From Selaginella moellendorffii (lineage: Eukaryota; Plantae; Lycopodiophyta), in contig NW_003314283.1 in the NCBI RefSeq assembly GCF_000143415.4, positions 320,752-384,751 on the forward strand: a DNA stretch of 64,000 nt, read 5' to 3'. Below, one piece after another: positions 25,702 to 36,849 of this stretch. Position 1 is the first letter of the stretch. Each line of letters begins with the position of its first letter. Below the pieces are notes generated by a model. That model was not told the DNA's origin and did no database searches. It worked only from the letters and a program-made list of their open reading frames with translations. Both the position numbers and the translations under genes were made by a program.

Positions 25702-28064
25702 ATGCTGCTAGAAAATTTGCACTTCTCGCTCTTCACTCCACCTCCGCGAAGATTTTGTCGTCGTGGGAGAGCTCGCGAGCGCTGCTGCCATGGCTTCGTC
25801 ATCGCCGGGAATTGCTGCTCCATTCGCCACGCCGCCAAAGCTCAGTAAGTACCAGCAGTGCCTCCATGGCTGGAGCTCTGAGATTTCGTCTCGAGCAGGA
25901 TCTCGAGAGAGCCAGCTGATCGGAGCGGCGGATTCGAGGGAAGGAATCCCTTGATCGGTGCATTCCACGAGAAAGGGGACGTCGTGGCTGGGAAATACAG
26001 GATTGTTGGTGTTCTTGGCAGCGGTGGCGTGGGTGTTACGTATGAGGCCGAGACCGAACAAGGCGATGCTGTGGCTATCAAAGCCATGTCTCTGAGAAAC
26101 ATGAAAGGCTGGAAGGTTAGTTCTTTGTTTCTCTTCTCCGTGTGATCATGCTTGCATTGCTTGCAGGATCTCGATCTTTTCGAAAGGGAAGCTAGAGTGT
26201 TAAAATCACTCCAGCATTCTGGGATCCCCGAATACATCGACTTCTTTGAGGTATTGCTGTTGTTTCTTTGTTTTTTCCTTTCTTCTTTCTTTTTGTTTTT
26301 TTCCTTGTTGAAGCTGAATACTAAGCTCGCAGATAGAAAACGAGAAAGATAAAGGCTTTTACATCGTCCAGAAGGTCGCAAAAGGAAAATCGTTGGCCAA
26401 GCTAGTTGAGGAGGGATGGCGAGTCTCTGAGCAGGAGGTGAAAGACATCGCCATCGAGGTTTGCAACTAAACACTTGTAGTTGCAACGGTGACATTCTCT
26501 TTTAGATTCTTGATGTCTTGAAATATCTGGGAAGCTTGAGGCCTCCTGTCATTCATCGAGATATCAAGGTTCGTTTCGCAACTTTATGAAAGTCTCACGA
26601 TCGTTTTTTGTGAATCTTTTTTTGCAGCCTGATAACATCATATTGGACGAAGCGACTGGCAAAGTGAAGGTGGTTGATTTTGGCGCCGTGCAAGATACAA
26701 CATCGTCGGCAACTTTTATCGGCAGCACTGTTGTTGGCACGGTGTGAGCTCCGCAAATCTAGTTTTTTCTTTGAGGTCTAAGCCTTTTATCGAACACAGG
26801 CTTTAGATTTTGTTCACTGAAGCGTTTCTTTTTTTTCCTTGCAGTACGGCTACATGGCTCCAGAGCAATTTCAAAACCGTGCCACGCTGCAGACTGATCT
26901 GTATGGACTTGGTGGAACGCTTTTGTTCATGCTTTCGGGACGCTCTCCTGCAACGTTTCCTCAGGTTTGGAAAACATAGAAAGCCTCGGCCATCTCTAAC
27001 CTTTTCAAATTTTGCAGAAAAGACTGAGAGTTGATTTCCAAAACTTTGTTTCTGCGAGCCCAAGCATGACGCGTGTGGTTGAAAAGCTTCTAGAACCAGC
27101 TCCTGAAGACAGATATCAGGTCATTGATATTTTTTCTGGTTTCCTTTACATTGTGTGATGGATGCAGTCAGCTGACGAGGTGATTCGGGCACTTCAAGAT
27201 GGCGAATCTCCCGTTGTGGCAGGGGAGAGTTTTTTCGATTATGCTGCAAAAAGTCGAAAGCCATATGGAACAAAAGTTGTATGTATCTCGCTTTTTCGAA
27301 CTGTTTCTATAATCGTTTTCCTTTTAAAAGGTGTTGACAAGGTTCCCAGACTCCTTGACAATCAGCATTCCTCGAGCAGGTGTTGGTGCGGCTGCTGCTA
27401 CTGGAACGTTTGCTTTGGTATGTCACTCCCTTCGTTTTTCTCTAAGTTGCTCAACTAACAGTATTGTAGGCGTGGAATTCATTCCTCTTGCTTTGGACGT
27501 TCGGAGCACCATTGCCATTCGTTTTCTTTTCTATCCCTTTCTGGTTTGTTGGATATGGGTACGTCTCATCATTTTTAAGCCAGTTTTGTCAGCTAAAACC
27601 GTGATGCTTGCTTCTTGCAGTCTTTCCAAAGACGCGCTCTCTGCACTCACTGTTACAACTTTCATAGAGCTTACGAAACGTTATTTCTCAATCGAATGGA
27701 AGGTGGGAAACTTCTGAACACATCGGGTTCAAGGCTTGACACAAGACATCACTTCGGTGGAGCTTTGTGCGGAATGGGTAGAGTTTTTGTCCAATCACCT
27801 TTCCAAACTCCTGTGTCCATTTCCCAGGTACGAAACAGGCGGCGGATCAAATCGTGCTGCATCAGGGAAGGTGTCAAAGTCCACGATTTCGGAGGGGGGC
27901 TGGAGCTGGTGGAGAAGAATTGGCTGGTAAACGAGATATCGTCGTTCCTGGGGATTCCCCCGCCGCCTCCAGTCTTGGAAGAGACTTTCGTGGATAACAG
28001 AGCGTGGGATAGAGAACGCGACTTTTGGGGGAGAGATCGAGATTTCCATGACGACTTTTGGTAG
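25702..28064 (+). CDS. Multi-exon Ser/Thr protein kinase of bacterial Pkn2/cyanobacterial Spk type with a C-terminal membrane region and a probable plastid transit peptide
   Basis: GSGGVGVTY, VAIK, LFEREARVL, VIHRDIKPDN, DFGAVQD, GSTVVGTYGYMAPEQ and TDLYGLG motifs across short introns. The first intron (25845-25898) links ATG 25702 to the kinase frame. Confidence 0.88.
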
Positions 28065-28249
28065 CACTTAGAACGAGACCGGCCTCAGGTACTGTGGAGA
28101 ATGTGCCAGATAGCTAACTTGTAATTGACTTTCAGGTACAGTGGGAAAAATAAAATACACTCGTAGCTTTCGTGTCTATAAGGTGAAACCGGCTTCTTCT
28201 ACGATTATCTAGTTCCTGGCAGGCGAAAACTTCGGTATAGCAGTGTGAG

Positions 28250-28542
28250 ATGATGAAGGGACTCGTCTGTGCAATCGTACTGCTGCTGGCGCTTTCGCCA
28301 TGTATTCTTGCAGCTGGTAAGCAGTGTCAGTTTAGCTAAGGTTGTCACCGTTTTGTTTGTTTCCAGTCTGCCCTCAGTACTGCATCGCAAGCGCCGATTA
28401 CGTGATCTGCGAGTCTCCGTCGCCTGCGAAGTATCCGCCAGCGTGTGGGAACTGCTGCTTTGCAAAGGGAGAGATTGGAAGCCTTGCAAAGAACTGCAGC
28501 ATACACCTCAAGGATGGGACTCTTCTTGCTTGCAATTTCTAG
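28250..28542 (+). CDS. Potato type II (Pin-II) proteinase inhibitor-like peptide 1
   Basis: Signal-peptide exon MMKGLVCAIVLLLAL, a phase-1 intron, then CPQYC..C..CGNCC..C..C (8 Cys). Confidence 0.85.
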
Positions 28543-28779
28543 CTGCAAGATTTGATAGTGTCGTGTCTTAAGGTACTTTCGTATTTGGAAGAACTAATAT
28601 GTGTCTCTGTTATATCAAGTTTCTTGCTACGACTTCTCGGTCACTGCGAGAATTTTCGCGCAGCAATCGTGTCTAACTTGAACTCTTTTCCATTCGTTTG
28701 ACCGGTGCGAAGTTCCAGCAACTATAAAAGTCGGCATCAGTCGGGTAAGTGGGAACTTATCCATTTGCATTCCAGGAAG

Positions 28780-29078
28780 ATGAAGCTCGCTCTCTCCTGT
28801 GCTGTTGTGCTGCTGCTGGTCTTTTACCAATGCGAACTCGTCCCTGGTAAGCTAGCCAAAGTTTTTTGCTGTGCTTGACGAGTTTTTTCCTTCGTTTTTG
28901 TCCAGCATGTCCACAGTACTGCCTCTCGGATGCCGATTATGTGATCTGCAACTCGCCCGTGCCTGCAAAGTATCCGGCTTCGTGTGGAAACTGCTGCTTT
29001 GCAAGGAGCGCAGTCGGAAGCTCGAAGGATTGTAGCATTCACCTCACCGATGGGAGTCTTCAGGCCTGTGGCTTCTAG
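28780..29078 (+). CDS. Pin-II proteinase inhibitor-like peptide 2 (tandem paralog)
   Basis: MKLALSCAVVLLLV exon, intron, then ACPQYCLSDADYVIC...CGNCC...CSIHLTDG. Confidence 0.85.
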
Positions 29079-29480
29079 TTTCGTGACAAGAGAGTAACTT
29101 TCCTTCTTAATAGTACATAGTTACAGGCATTTGATCTTTTTTCTTGGTAGTACTCTCTCTCTCTCTCTCTCGGAAGATCTGAGAGATACAAACCATCGCC
29201 CATCGAATCGTCTACGAGAGGAGATGGAGATGTGCGAGAGAAACACCACACACACAAGAAAAAAAAAGAGTGTGAGTAACCAAACACGCTGGAAAAGAAT
29301 AAAGTCTACATGCTCGAGGAAGAAAAGGAAAGCTTTTTTGAGCGAGATTGTCTCTCACGAGATTGTTTTGGAGAAGAACCTGTCCTCCATCGCTCGGGAA
29401 AAACTCGGCTAGACCGAGAGAGAGAGCAAACAAAATTGTGTATGTACCTCACGGTAGTGAAGCGTAAACCCCGAAAGTTT

Positions 29481-30665
29481 TCACGGATCTTCCATTTCCT
29501 GTGAAGCTCCTCCTCCGCCACCACCACCACCACCACCACCACCAGCGTTCTCGGCCTTTTTCACCGGTTTCTTCCTCCTCGGCTTGTTGGAGGAGAAGAG
29601 CCGGGCAATCTGGAGCTGCGTGTTGAGCATCATCTCCGCTCGCTTGGCCTCCATCTCGATCCGCCGGAGCTCCGCCTCGGCATTCAACCGAGCCACCTCC
29701 CGCTGCATCTGGATCTGCGCCTCCTCGATTCTCAGCAGCGACTCTCCAAACGATTTCATCACCGCCACCACCTCGTTCATCGAGGACGCTCCCCCGGCAT
29801 GCTTCCGCCGTTTGAATCCACCGCCGCCACAACCAACACCGCCACCACCACCACCGTTACCGCCGGCACCGCCACCACCGCCACCCCGCCCATCCAGGCA
29901 AGCCACTGCCTCTTCTCGGACCCTCGAGCAAGGATCCAGCAAGCTCGTCAAGCTCCCATTCTCCTTCGCGACGTGGTGGTGTGGAGTCGTGAAGGACGTA
30001 TCCTCGTCCTCGATCTCCTTCTCGCCAATCCTTCCAGCAGCGGCGGTGGCAGCCCCGGGAGTACACTGCCGGAAGTGGAGATGGCTCTCGATCTGGTTGA
30101 AAGAATCCAGCTCCATCACCGCGGGTTGTGCGTGCTCGCCGTTATCCATCCCCCCCGGCATCCCCACCACGCTCTTGAATCCATTCCTCGCCAGCAAGCT
30201 CTCCATCCTCTGGAAGAAGACCCACTTGGAATACGATCCGGGAGCGCCGCCCACTCCAGTGCCCTTCATCGCCTTCTCCGCGCGGTACTTCTTCTTCATG
30301 TCCTCGATCTTGTTCTTGCACTGCGTGGGCGTCTTGGCCACCCACAATCCACTGCTGTGCGTGGCGAGCCTGTGCGCGATCTCCTCCCAGTGCTTGCTCT
30401 TGACATTCCCCCTCTCCAGCTGATTCCACTTCTCCTCGTACGCATCCAGCAAGAACCACACCTCCTGGTCCGTCCAGAAGTTAAATTCCTTGCGGGCGCC
30501 ATCGCCGCGGTCCTTGTCCTTGCCATCGCTGCCATCGGCGTGAGAGGGAGACTGCATCATGCCCGCCATCGCATTCATGCTCGCTTCGCCTCCCCCCTGC
30601 GCCATCCACACCCTAGAAACCCCTGGAAAACCCTCGCGATCTCTTCCCGGATCCCACACAACCAT
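29481..30665 (-). CDS. Trihelix (Myb/SANT-like) transcription factor, ASIL/SIP1 clade
   Basis: WTDQEVWFLLDAYEEKW...HWEEIA...KTPTQCKNKIEDMKKKYRAEK, WVFFQRM, and a C-terminal coiled coil (MKSFGESLLRIE...MMLNTQLQIA). Start codon uncertain. Confidence 0.92.
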   Translation of the reverse strand: MVVWDPGRDREGFPGVSRVWMAQGGGEASMNAMAGMMQSPSHADGSDGKDKDRGDGARKEFNFWTDQEVWFLLDAYEEKWNQLERGNVKSKHWEEIAHRLATHSSGLWVAKTPTQCKNKIEDMKKKYRAEKAMKGTGVGGAPGSYSKWVFFQRMESLLARNGFKSVVGMPGGMDNGEHAQPAVMELDSFNQIESHLHFRQCTPGAATAAAGRIGEKEIEDEDTSFTTPHHHVAKENGSLTSLLDPCSRVREEAVACLDGRGGGGGGAGGNGGGGGGVGCGGGGFKRRKHAGGASSMNEVVAVMKSFGESLLRIEEAQIQMQREVARLNAEAELRRIEMEAKRAEMMLNTQLQIARLFSSNKPRRKKPVKKAENAGGGGGGGGGGGGASQEMEDP

Positions 30666-30861
30666 AGCGGCGATCCTCCTGGCACTCCACCGAATCGATC
30701 CAATCCATCGCTCGCTGGCCTCGATCGCGCATCGACCAGATCGAGGATCGCAAGAACAAGTTAAAATAAATGCTAGCCCTAAAGCCCCATATCTACCTTT
30801 TTGCTTTATTAGCCCTAAGAGCACTTCTTTATTACTTTATTACTTTGTTAGTTAATGAGCT

Positions 30862-31036
30862 NNNNNNNNNNNNNNNNNNNNNNNNNNNNNNNNNNNNNNN
30901 NNNNNNNNNNNNNNNNNNNNNNNNNNNNNNNNNNNNNNNNNNNNNNNNNNNNNNNNNNNNNNNNNNNNNNNNNNNNNNNNNNNNNNNNNNNNNNNNNNNN
31001 NNNNNNNNNNNNNNNNNNNNNNNNNNNNNNNNNNNN
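30862..31036. other. Assembly gap (175 N)
   Basis: Run of N. Confidence 1.
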
Positions 31037-31168
31037 TAGGACAACACAGACGTTACTTATTTACACGAGACCTCTCTCTCCTCTAGAGTTCTTTCTTCGT
31101 GCCTGGCTTGCCGGCAATTCTCCATTCTTTTCTTTGGCGATCGATGGACGAATCGATCGATCGATCTC

Positions 31169-32659
31169 TCACAGCATTAGAGCGATCGCCGTTGCCACTA
31201 GCACATTTCGCATAGCTGATAATCTCTGAGAATACCAACCTGGAAGAAGCAAGCAAAAGAGAACAGTTTTAGCTCGAAAAGAAGGAAGAGAGAGAGAGAG
31301 CTTACTTGAAGAACTCTGAGGTTCTGCTACTCCCGGAACAAAAGCCATGCCTCCCGAAAGTTTATCGGGAAAATCTGGAGCAGCCGAGACGAAGTCCGGT
31401 GACTTTGCAAACCCGGTCTGGATGGAGTAAACCGGAGCGGGAGCTGGGGCGTCGTAAGCTCCAGGATAGAACAACTTTGGGGAGCGTCCATAGCTGTAGT
31501 CTGTGTATTCCTGCGACCCACCTGAGACTGGAGCTGGGCTTGGAGCTGGGCTTGGAGCGATATCAAGTCCCAGAGCGTGCCGAAACATTGGCGAAAGTTG
31601 TATATCCTTCACCCTCCCGAACAGCGTATGGTTTAGCCTGAGGTTCTTCCGGTGCCTTGAGACCTTGAGAGCCAGCTGCCTTATTCTCGTCGAAGAAAAA
31701 TGGCGTCCGGCAGGGAATACCGTAGCCTGTATGATGACAGGAGACTCCACCGTGGAGCCGTTTAGATTTGTCAGCCGAGCGATCAAAGTCTACAAGAGCA
31801 AGTAAAAGAGTTAAAGCTAAAGATGTGAGAAGAACGAGAACTATTCTAACCTCGTTGTGTTGCAGACTGATCCCACCCGCGAGCTGATGCTTGAAAACTC
31901 GAAAGTTGCTACTCACGCCGGAGATGTGTCTGTTGGGCAATGTGAAGTTGAAAAGCGACGGCCTCCTGAGAGACTTCTGCCACTTCCCAGGGACGATGCT
32001 CAATCCGCCAGGAAACTTGTTGATTTGGAAATCGTACACTTGTCCGAACGTCGTCGGCGTCAGAGAAAGGTTCCTCTGTTGCAGGAAAAACTTCACGAGG
32101 CTCTTCTTGACAGCAGACTCGTTGTAAGGCGCCCGATGGTCGGGAAGGAGCTGAAAGCGAACTTCGGCATACCTGCAATCGTTGGTTTGGTTTACGGACA
32201 ATAAAGACACCTGAAAGTGACAACACATTATACACATATATCTTGTGAAGCACGCACAGCACATACCTTCATGTTTGAGGAAGGGATATGGCTCGAAAGA
32301 TTTGCCTCAAGCTCCGCTTTGTATCTTTCGATGACTGAAGCGGATCTCTGGAGCTTAAACGTGAACATGAATGGAGCTGAAAAAACAAGAGAGAAAGAAG
32401 AATTAGATGGTCCAATCTAGAAACAAGAACCAAGTACTAGAAAGAGTCTACCTTCGATGAAAGAGTTCTTCGCACCGTTGTGTCCTCTACGAATGCCAAC
32501 GGTGAGCAAAACAAACACCAAGAGCTGCAAGCTGAGAACCACCGTGACGATCCATCTCCAAGTCGACCTCTGGAAGCACGAGCGGCAGTCTTGTGGATTC
32601 ACGGGGCCCTCGGTCTCCAAAGCCGCCGACGATGGAGCTCCCTCATCGTTCTTCCCCAT
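31169..32659 (-). CDS. DUF7036-type membrane-anchored protein with a Pro-rich tail (At3g56590-like), multi-exon
   Basis: MGK start, N-terminal TM helix, LSLTPTTFG, KFPGGLSIVP, LFNFTL, LTNLNGSTV, NLRLNHTLFGRVKDIQLS, APSPAPSPAP. Confidence 0.82.
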
Positions 32660-33420
32660 AACCTTCCTTAACACCCGGCCGACGGCCATCCACTGGCATG
32701 GCAATCCCTACACTCACTGCTACAAATCGGCATCTACTGGCCAATGTAGATGCCCCGACCCTCGCCCCGGGAGCGACAATGCCGCCATCGCCTAGAAATC
32801 GAGCCAGCGCAAGCGAGGATGAGGGCCTCTACTGTAGCCTCGACTGGATCGATCGATCCCTGGACCGAAATCTTACCTCTAGACGGCGCTCGCTGAGATC
32901 TCGCCTAGCTGCGTCGCCGCATCAGCGCCTGGAATGCTTGCTCCCCTCGGCGGCGTCGTGGCATAGCAAAACCCTCGAGCTCGATCCAGCTGAAGCGACC
33001 TAACTCGCCATGGACACGTCCATCCGACGGTGGGATCCAGCGCCACGTCCACTAGAGTTAAAAAAACCGGGTTTTCTGGCAATCCAACGGCGCGCAAGCG
33101 TGGATTAGATTTGGCCCGGGTTGATCCAAGCGCTGGCATTCCGCCAGGTCGACTCTAGCTGGCGCTCTGAAAATAAAGGTACACCCACATTAAAGGCTTT
33201 TAAATTTCTGTTTTGTTAGAGTTTTCAAAACATTAGGGTTTAAGCACCAGGGATTTCTCCGGCGATTGATCGCGTGCGCGATCCTCACGGCGAATGGATC
33301 TTCTCTTTGCGATGAGGTAATTCGATCCAAACACTTGGGATTTCTCTTGGCCTTTCCTAAAATTTTCAATCTCTTGCGATAGCTGGCCAAATGTGTAGCG
33401 AGAGTTTCTTGCCAAAAGGT

Positions 33421-34729
33421 ATGAGTCATGGCTCGCGTTTTGGAGTATGCCCTTGCTGTCACGCTTCCATCGCGCTATTTTTTATGGACTCTCACTTAGA
33501 CACTTGTCTCCGAAGAAGGTTGGGTCCCTTCTTTGCTTGCTTCTAAACTTCTAACTTGGCTCGCATTTGATGTTCTTATTAGTTACGAGGAGGATTATGT
33601 GGAACCAGATGATGAAAAATCAGTTAAGATTTTTTTTTTTTTTCTCCTTCTCGTGGCTGGGAAGTTGTAATGTGTGCATCTCTTTTCTCTGAATTCAGGA
33701 GGAAGAACCTCAGACCAAGCAAGAAGTGTTTCCACTCTTCCGTCAAAGAAAGAAGGCGTGTTTGCTTTTGCATCCCTTTTCTTTTCTTTTCTTTTCTTCT
33801 TGTTTTCTTACTCGTGTTTTAAGCTTTTGGCATCTCAGATCATTCATATTATCAGGCACGGGCATACTTTGTTTCAGCAAGGAGATCAGAAGATGATCGA
33901 TGTAAGGCTCTCGGCTCAAGGCATTCAACAGGTAAGAGTATGATCCTCCAGTTTTTTAATCTTCTTCCGTTTTGCTAATATAAAACTCTTGGTATGATCA
34001 TTTAGGCCTCCTGCATTGGTCAGCAGTTGCTGTCGCTTAAGCCAGACGTGGTAAACGTTTCAATAGGAAGATTTCTAGAGCTTACTTGTGTGGTCTAGAT
34101 TCTAGTTTCTCCTCTAACAAGAGCGTTGGACACATTGAAATGGGCTTTACACCCGTTCAAGGTGATATACAAGGTTTTGCATTCTCCCAAATTTGTATTC
34201 AGGACGAGAGAAGCAGTTTGCGTCTGGAAGTCAGCAGCTTACACACTGAGCACGTAGCTGGTGCTGGAGATATTGGCCGTGATCCACAGGTAACCACTTT
34301 CTTCTCTTTCAACTTAAAATGTATTGCTAGAGAACTCACTTTGCTTACAGGTACTTTCTCTTGATTTTCCTTGGCTATCATTCGAGAAGCTCGATCCAGT
34401 CTGGTGGTTCTCGCCGCCAGAGGCTCCAAACATCGGGGCATTTCGGACGAGAGAAAACACTGGTCTGACTTCCTTTCCCCTTCTCTAATTTTGATGTATT
34501 CTTCATGAACTCAGCGAACCTCCGCAAACGGGTCGCTTCTTTTCGTCGCCATCTTCTTTCAAGGCCAGAACAAGTAATTGCTGTTGTTGGACATTCTACT
34601 TTCTTCATGGTGCGTATTCTTTGGAGGATGTTTCGTCTCTGTAACTCTTTCTACTGTGGTTCGCTCCAGGTGCTTACCGGTGAGAAGAAGCGAATGCGTC
34701 ACTGTGAGTTTCGCAAGCTCGCAATCTAA
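33421..34729 (+). CDS. Histidine phosphatase (phosphoglycerate-mutase-like) with an N-terminal UBZ4-type zinc finger, multi-exon
   Basis: Exon 1 encodes VCPCCHASIALFFMDSHLDTCL. Later exons encode IIHIIRHG, DVRLSAQGIQQ, VSPLTRALDT and IAVVGHSTF. An in-frame upstream ATG exists at 33391. Confidence 0.8.
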
Positions 34730-35041
34730 GTAATGTGCATTTGCAACATTGTGTTTTCTCTAACCTTTGAAAATTTGATAGGACGTGATGGTGCCAAAGG
34801 TATTTCCCAAAGTCATCCCGGAGTTCATGCTGTAAGAAATGTTTCCAGACAGTTGGCCTTTTATGTGTTTCAGGCAGAATTTATGATCAAGTCCATAACT
34901 GTCAATTCTTCAATATCTTGGTAGTGTTCAAATTGCTCTCAAACTCTCTTCTTTGGATTGATTCTTTTGTTTTGCTCAAGACTGTCAGCAGCTTGAAAAC
35001 TTATTAAACTCTCTTCCCTGTGTTTGCATGCTTGGAGCGGG

Positions 35042-35197
35042 ATGAGCATACAGCCAGCTACAATCATTTCAGCACTGGTTGCCTTCCCTCCAGCGTGCCT
35101 TGCAGGGAAGGCAGCCTTCAAATCCATCAAAAGCTTCATCACAAGTGTTCTAGAACTGGAGAGCATTGCAGTTCAAGCTGCATCTGATGAAGGCTGA
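35042..35197 (+). pseudogene. Truncated copy of the unknown ORF at 36274
   Basis: MSIQPATIISAL...GKAAFKSIKSFITSVLELESIAVQA matches 36274-36400, then stops. Confidence 0.55.
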
Positions 35198-36273
35198 TGT
35201 ATTTGCCGCTTGTTGAAGACAGCATGGGCAGACTCATCAGCCTACAAGGCTCTGGAGAGGGGCAAAAAAAGCCTTGAAAATCTGAGAAGCCATGCCTTTC
35301 AGGCAGCTTCAAGCAGTGGTGGTGCTAGTACCAGTACAAATTGGCTTGAAAGGTATCTCAAGTGTGGAAGTTTGCATAGGGTTTCTATTGGGAAGTATGA
35401 TTGACAAGCAAAAAAAGTTGTGCGTTGAGAGTGACCTGGGATCAAGAATGCGAGAAAGTTCTAGAGATTGACAGTAAATATTACTATTGACAGTAAATAT
35501 GAGTTTGAGCTCATAAAGGACTGCGAACATAAAAATAAATGTAATAAAAGTTTTCGGCATGAAAGATGGAAATTACATAGCTTTGCGATTTCAGGGACTT
35601 TTATTTTGAGAAGGATGAGCGATTGTATTATAAACTCTCCGAGGAGGGCGTAATCAAAAAAATCATGTCATAATTTTTTGTGGTGCACAACATCTCTCTT
35701 ATGCAAGCTTGCCCCGAGTGCATAAAGGCATAAAGTTTGAGATCAATCACAGAAACATTGTGGTGAAGCTAGGAGTTCTGCCCAAGGAAGCTCACAGCAC
35801 CAAACCTAGATAATTTTAGATCATTGTGATACAAGTTATCTCTGGGGATATCGAGAAAATGGGGAGAGGTGTGGATGTGGGGGTGTTGGAGTTTGGTGTT
35901 GCAGTGATGCTCTTGCAAAAGAACTTTTTTTCAAAAAGTTCATAGAAATAAGATCAAGAAGTTCTTCAGTATAAAATGATTAATTTGGGAAAGATGTATT
36001 TTGGAGTGAAAATATATGAAAAAAGGAATGGTACCTTTTGTTAAAGAAGAAAAGGTGATGGAATATTCACCCTTTCAAAAGTTTGCTATATGCTATTTTG
36101 TGTTAATTGGAATTTAGTTCTTTAATTTTGTAAAAGATTTAAGGTAAGACTCTTACTTATCATACTGCAAAATTTTCGAAGTCAAAATTGAAATTGGTGC
36201 TAAGACATAGACTAAAGCCTAAAGAAACAATCATCCTTTTGGCTATGTTCTGTTTCTGTTTCGCATTCAAAGC

Positions 36274-36680
36274 AATGAGCATCGAGCCAACCACACTCGT
36301 CTCAGCACTAATTGATAAATCTTGTAGGCAAGGCTGCCTTAAAATCCATCAAAAGCTTCATCACAAATGTCTGGGAACTGGAGAGCATTGCAATACAGGC
36401 AGTCTTAGAGATCAAATCAGAGGTGGAGAAGTTTGTTCACAGCATGGATGTGATAAATCTCAGCGAGACACTCAAAGCAAACGAGCTGCAAGCTCTCAAG
36501 ATGAACGAATTATGCGAGCAAGGAATGAGCAGATTGTTTGACTTGTGGGAATCGCGATTCGAGCAGCTCATCCAGCTCCAAACTTCTCAGTTCCAGGCTA
36601 TCCAGCAGCTGATTAGCAGTAAAGGTAGTCAACCAATGTTTATGCTTGTTCAGTTTATCTCGTTGAAAACCTACAGCTGA
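36274..36680 (+). pseudogene. Unknown helical/coiled-coil ORF, frameshifted near 36315
   Basis: MSIEPTTLVSAL and LVGKAALKSIKSFITNVWELES lie in different frames here but in one frame in the 35042 paralog. Confidence 0.45.
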
Positions 36681-36849
36681 GGCTTCTACCGCAATTGCAA
36701 TCCTCTGACGATCAGAATCGACATTTGCTGCATGAAAACCATCACCATCACGATCAATCACCAACATCAATCGTTCGCACAATCAATGGTAGCTTTCAAG
36801 TGTGCATGAACTTCAAGGTATACCAACATGTAGTTCCAGTGGCAACGAG

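Noticed and set aside
25702-28064. Bacterial contamination as the source of the Pkn2-type kinase
   Set aside because: The gene has many spliceosomal introns and is flanked by plant genes and a nuclear-type tRNA.
29584-30764. 279-aa and 321-aa plus-strand ORFs
   Set aside because: Antisense shadows of the GC-rich trihelix gene.
30770-31229. ORFs spanning X residues
   Set aside because: Artefacts of the N gap.
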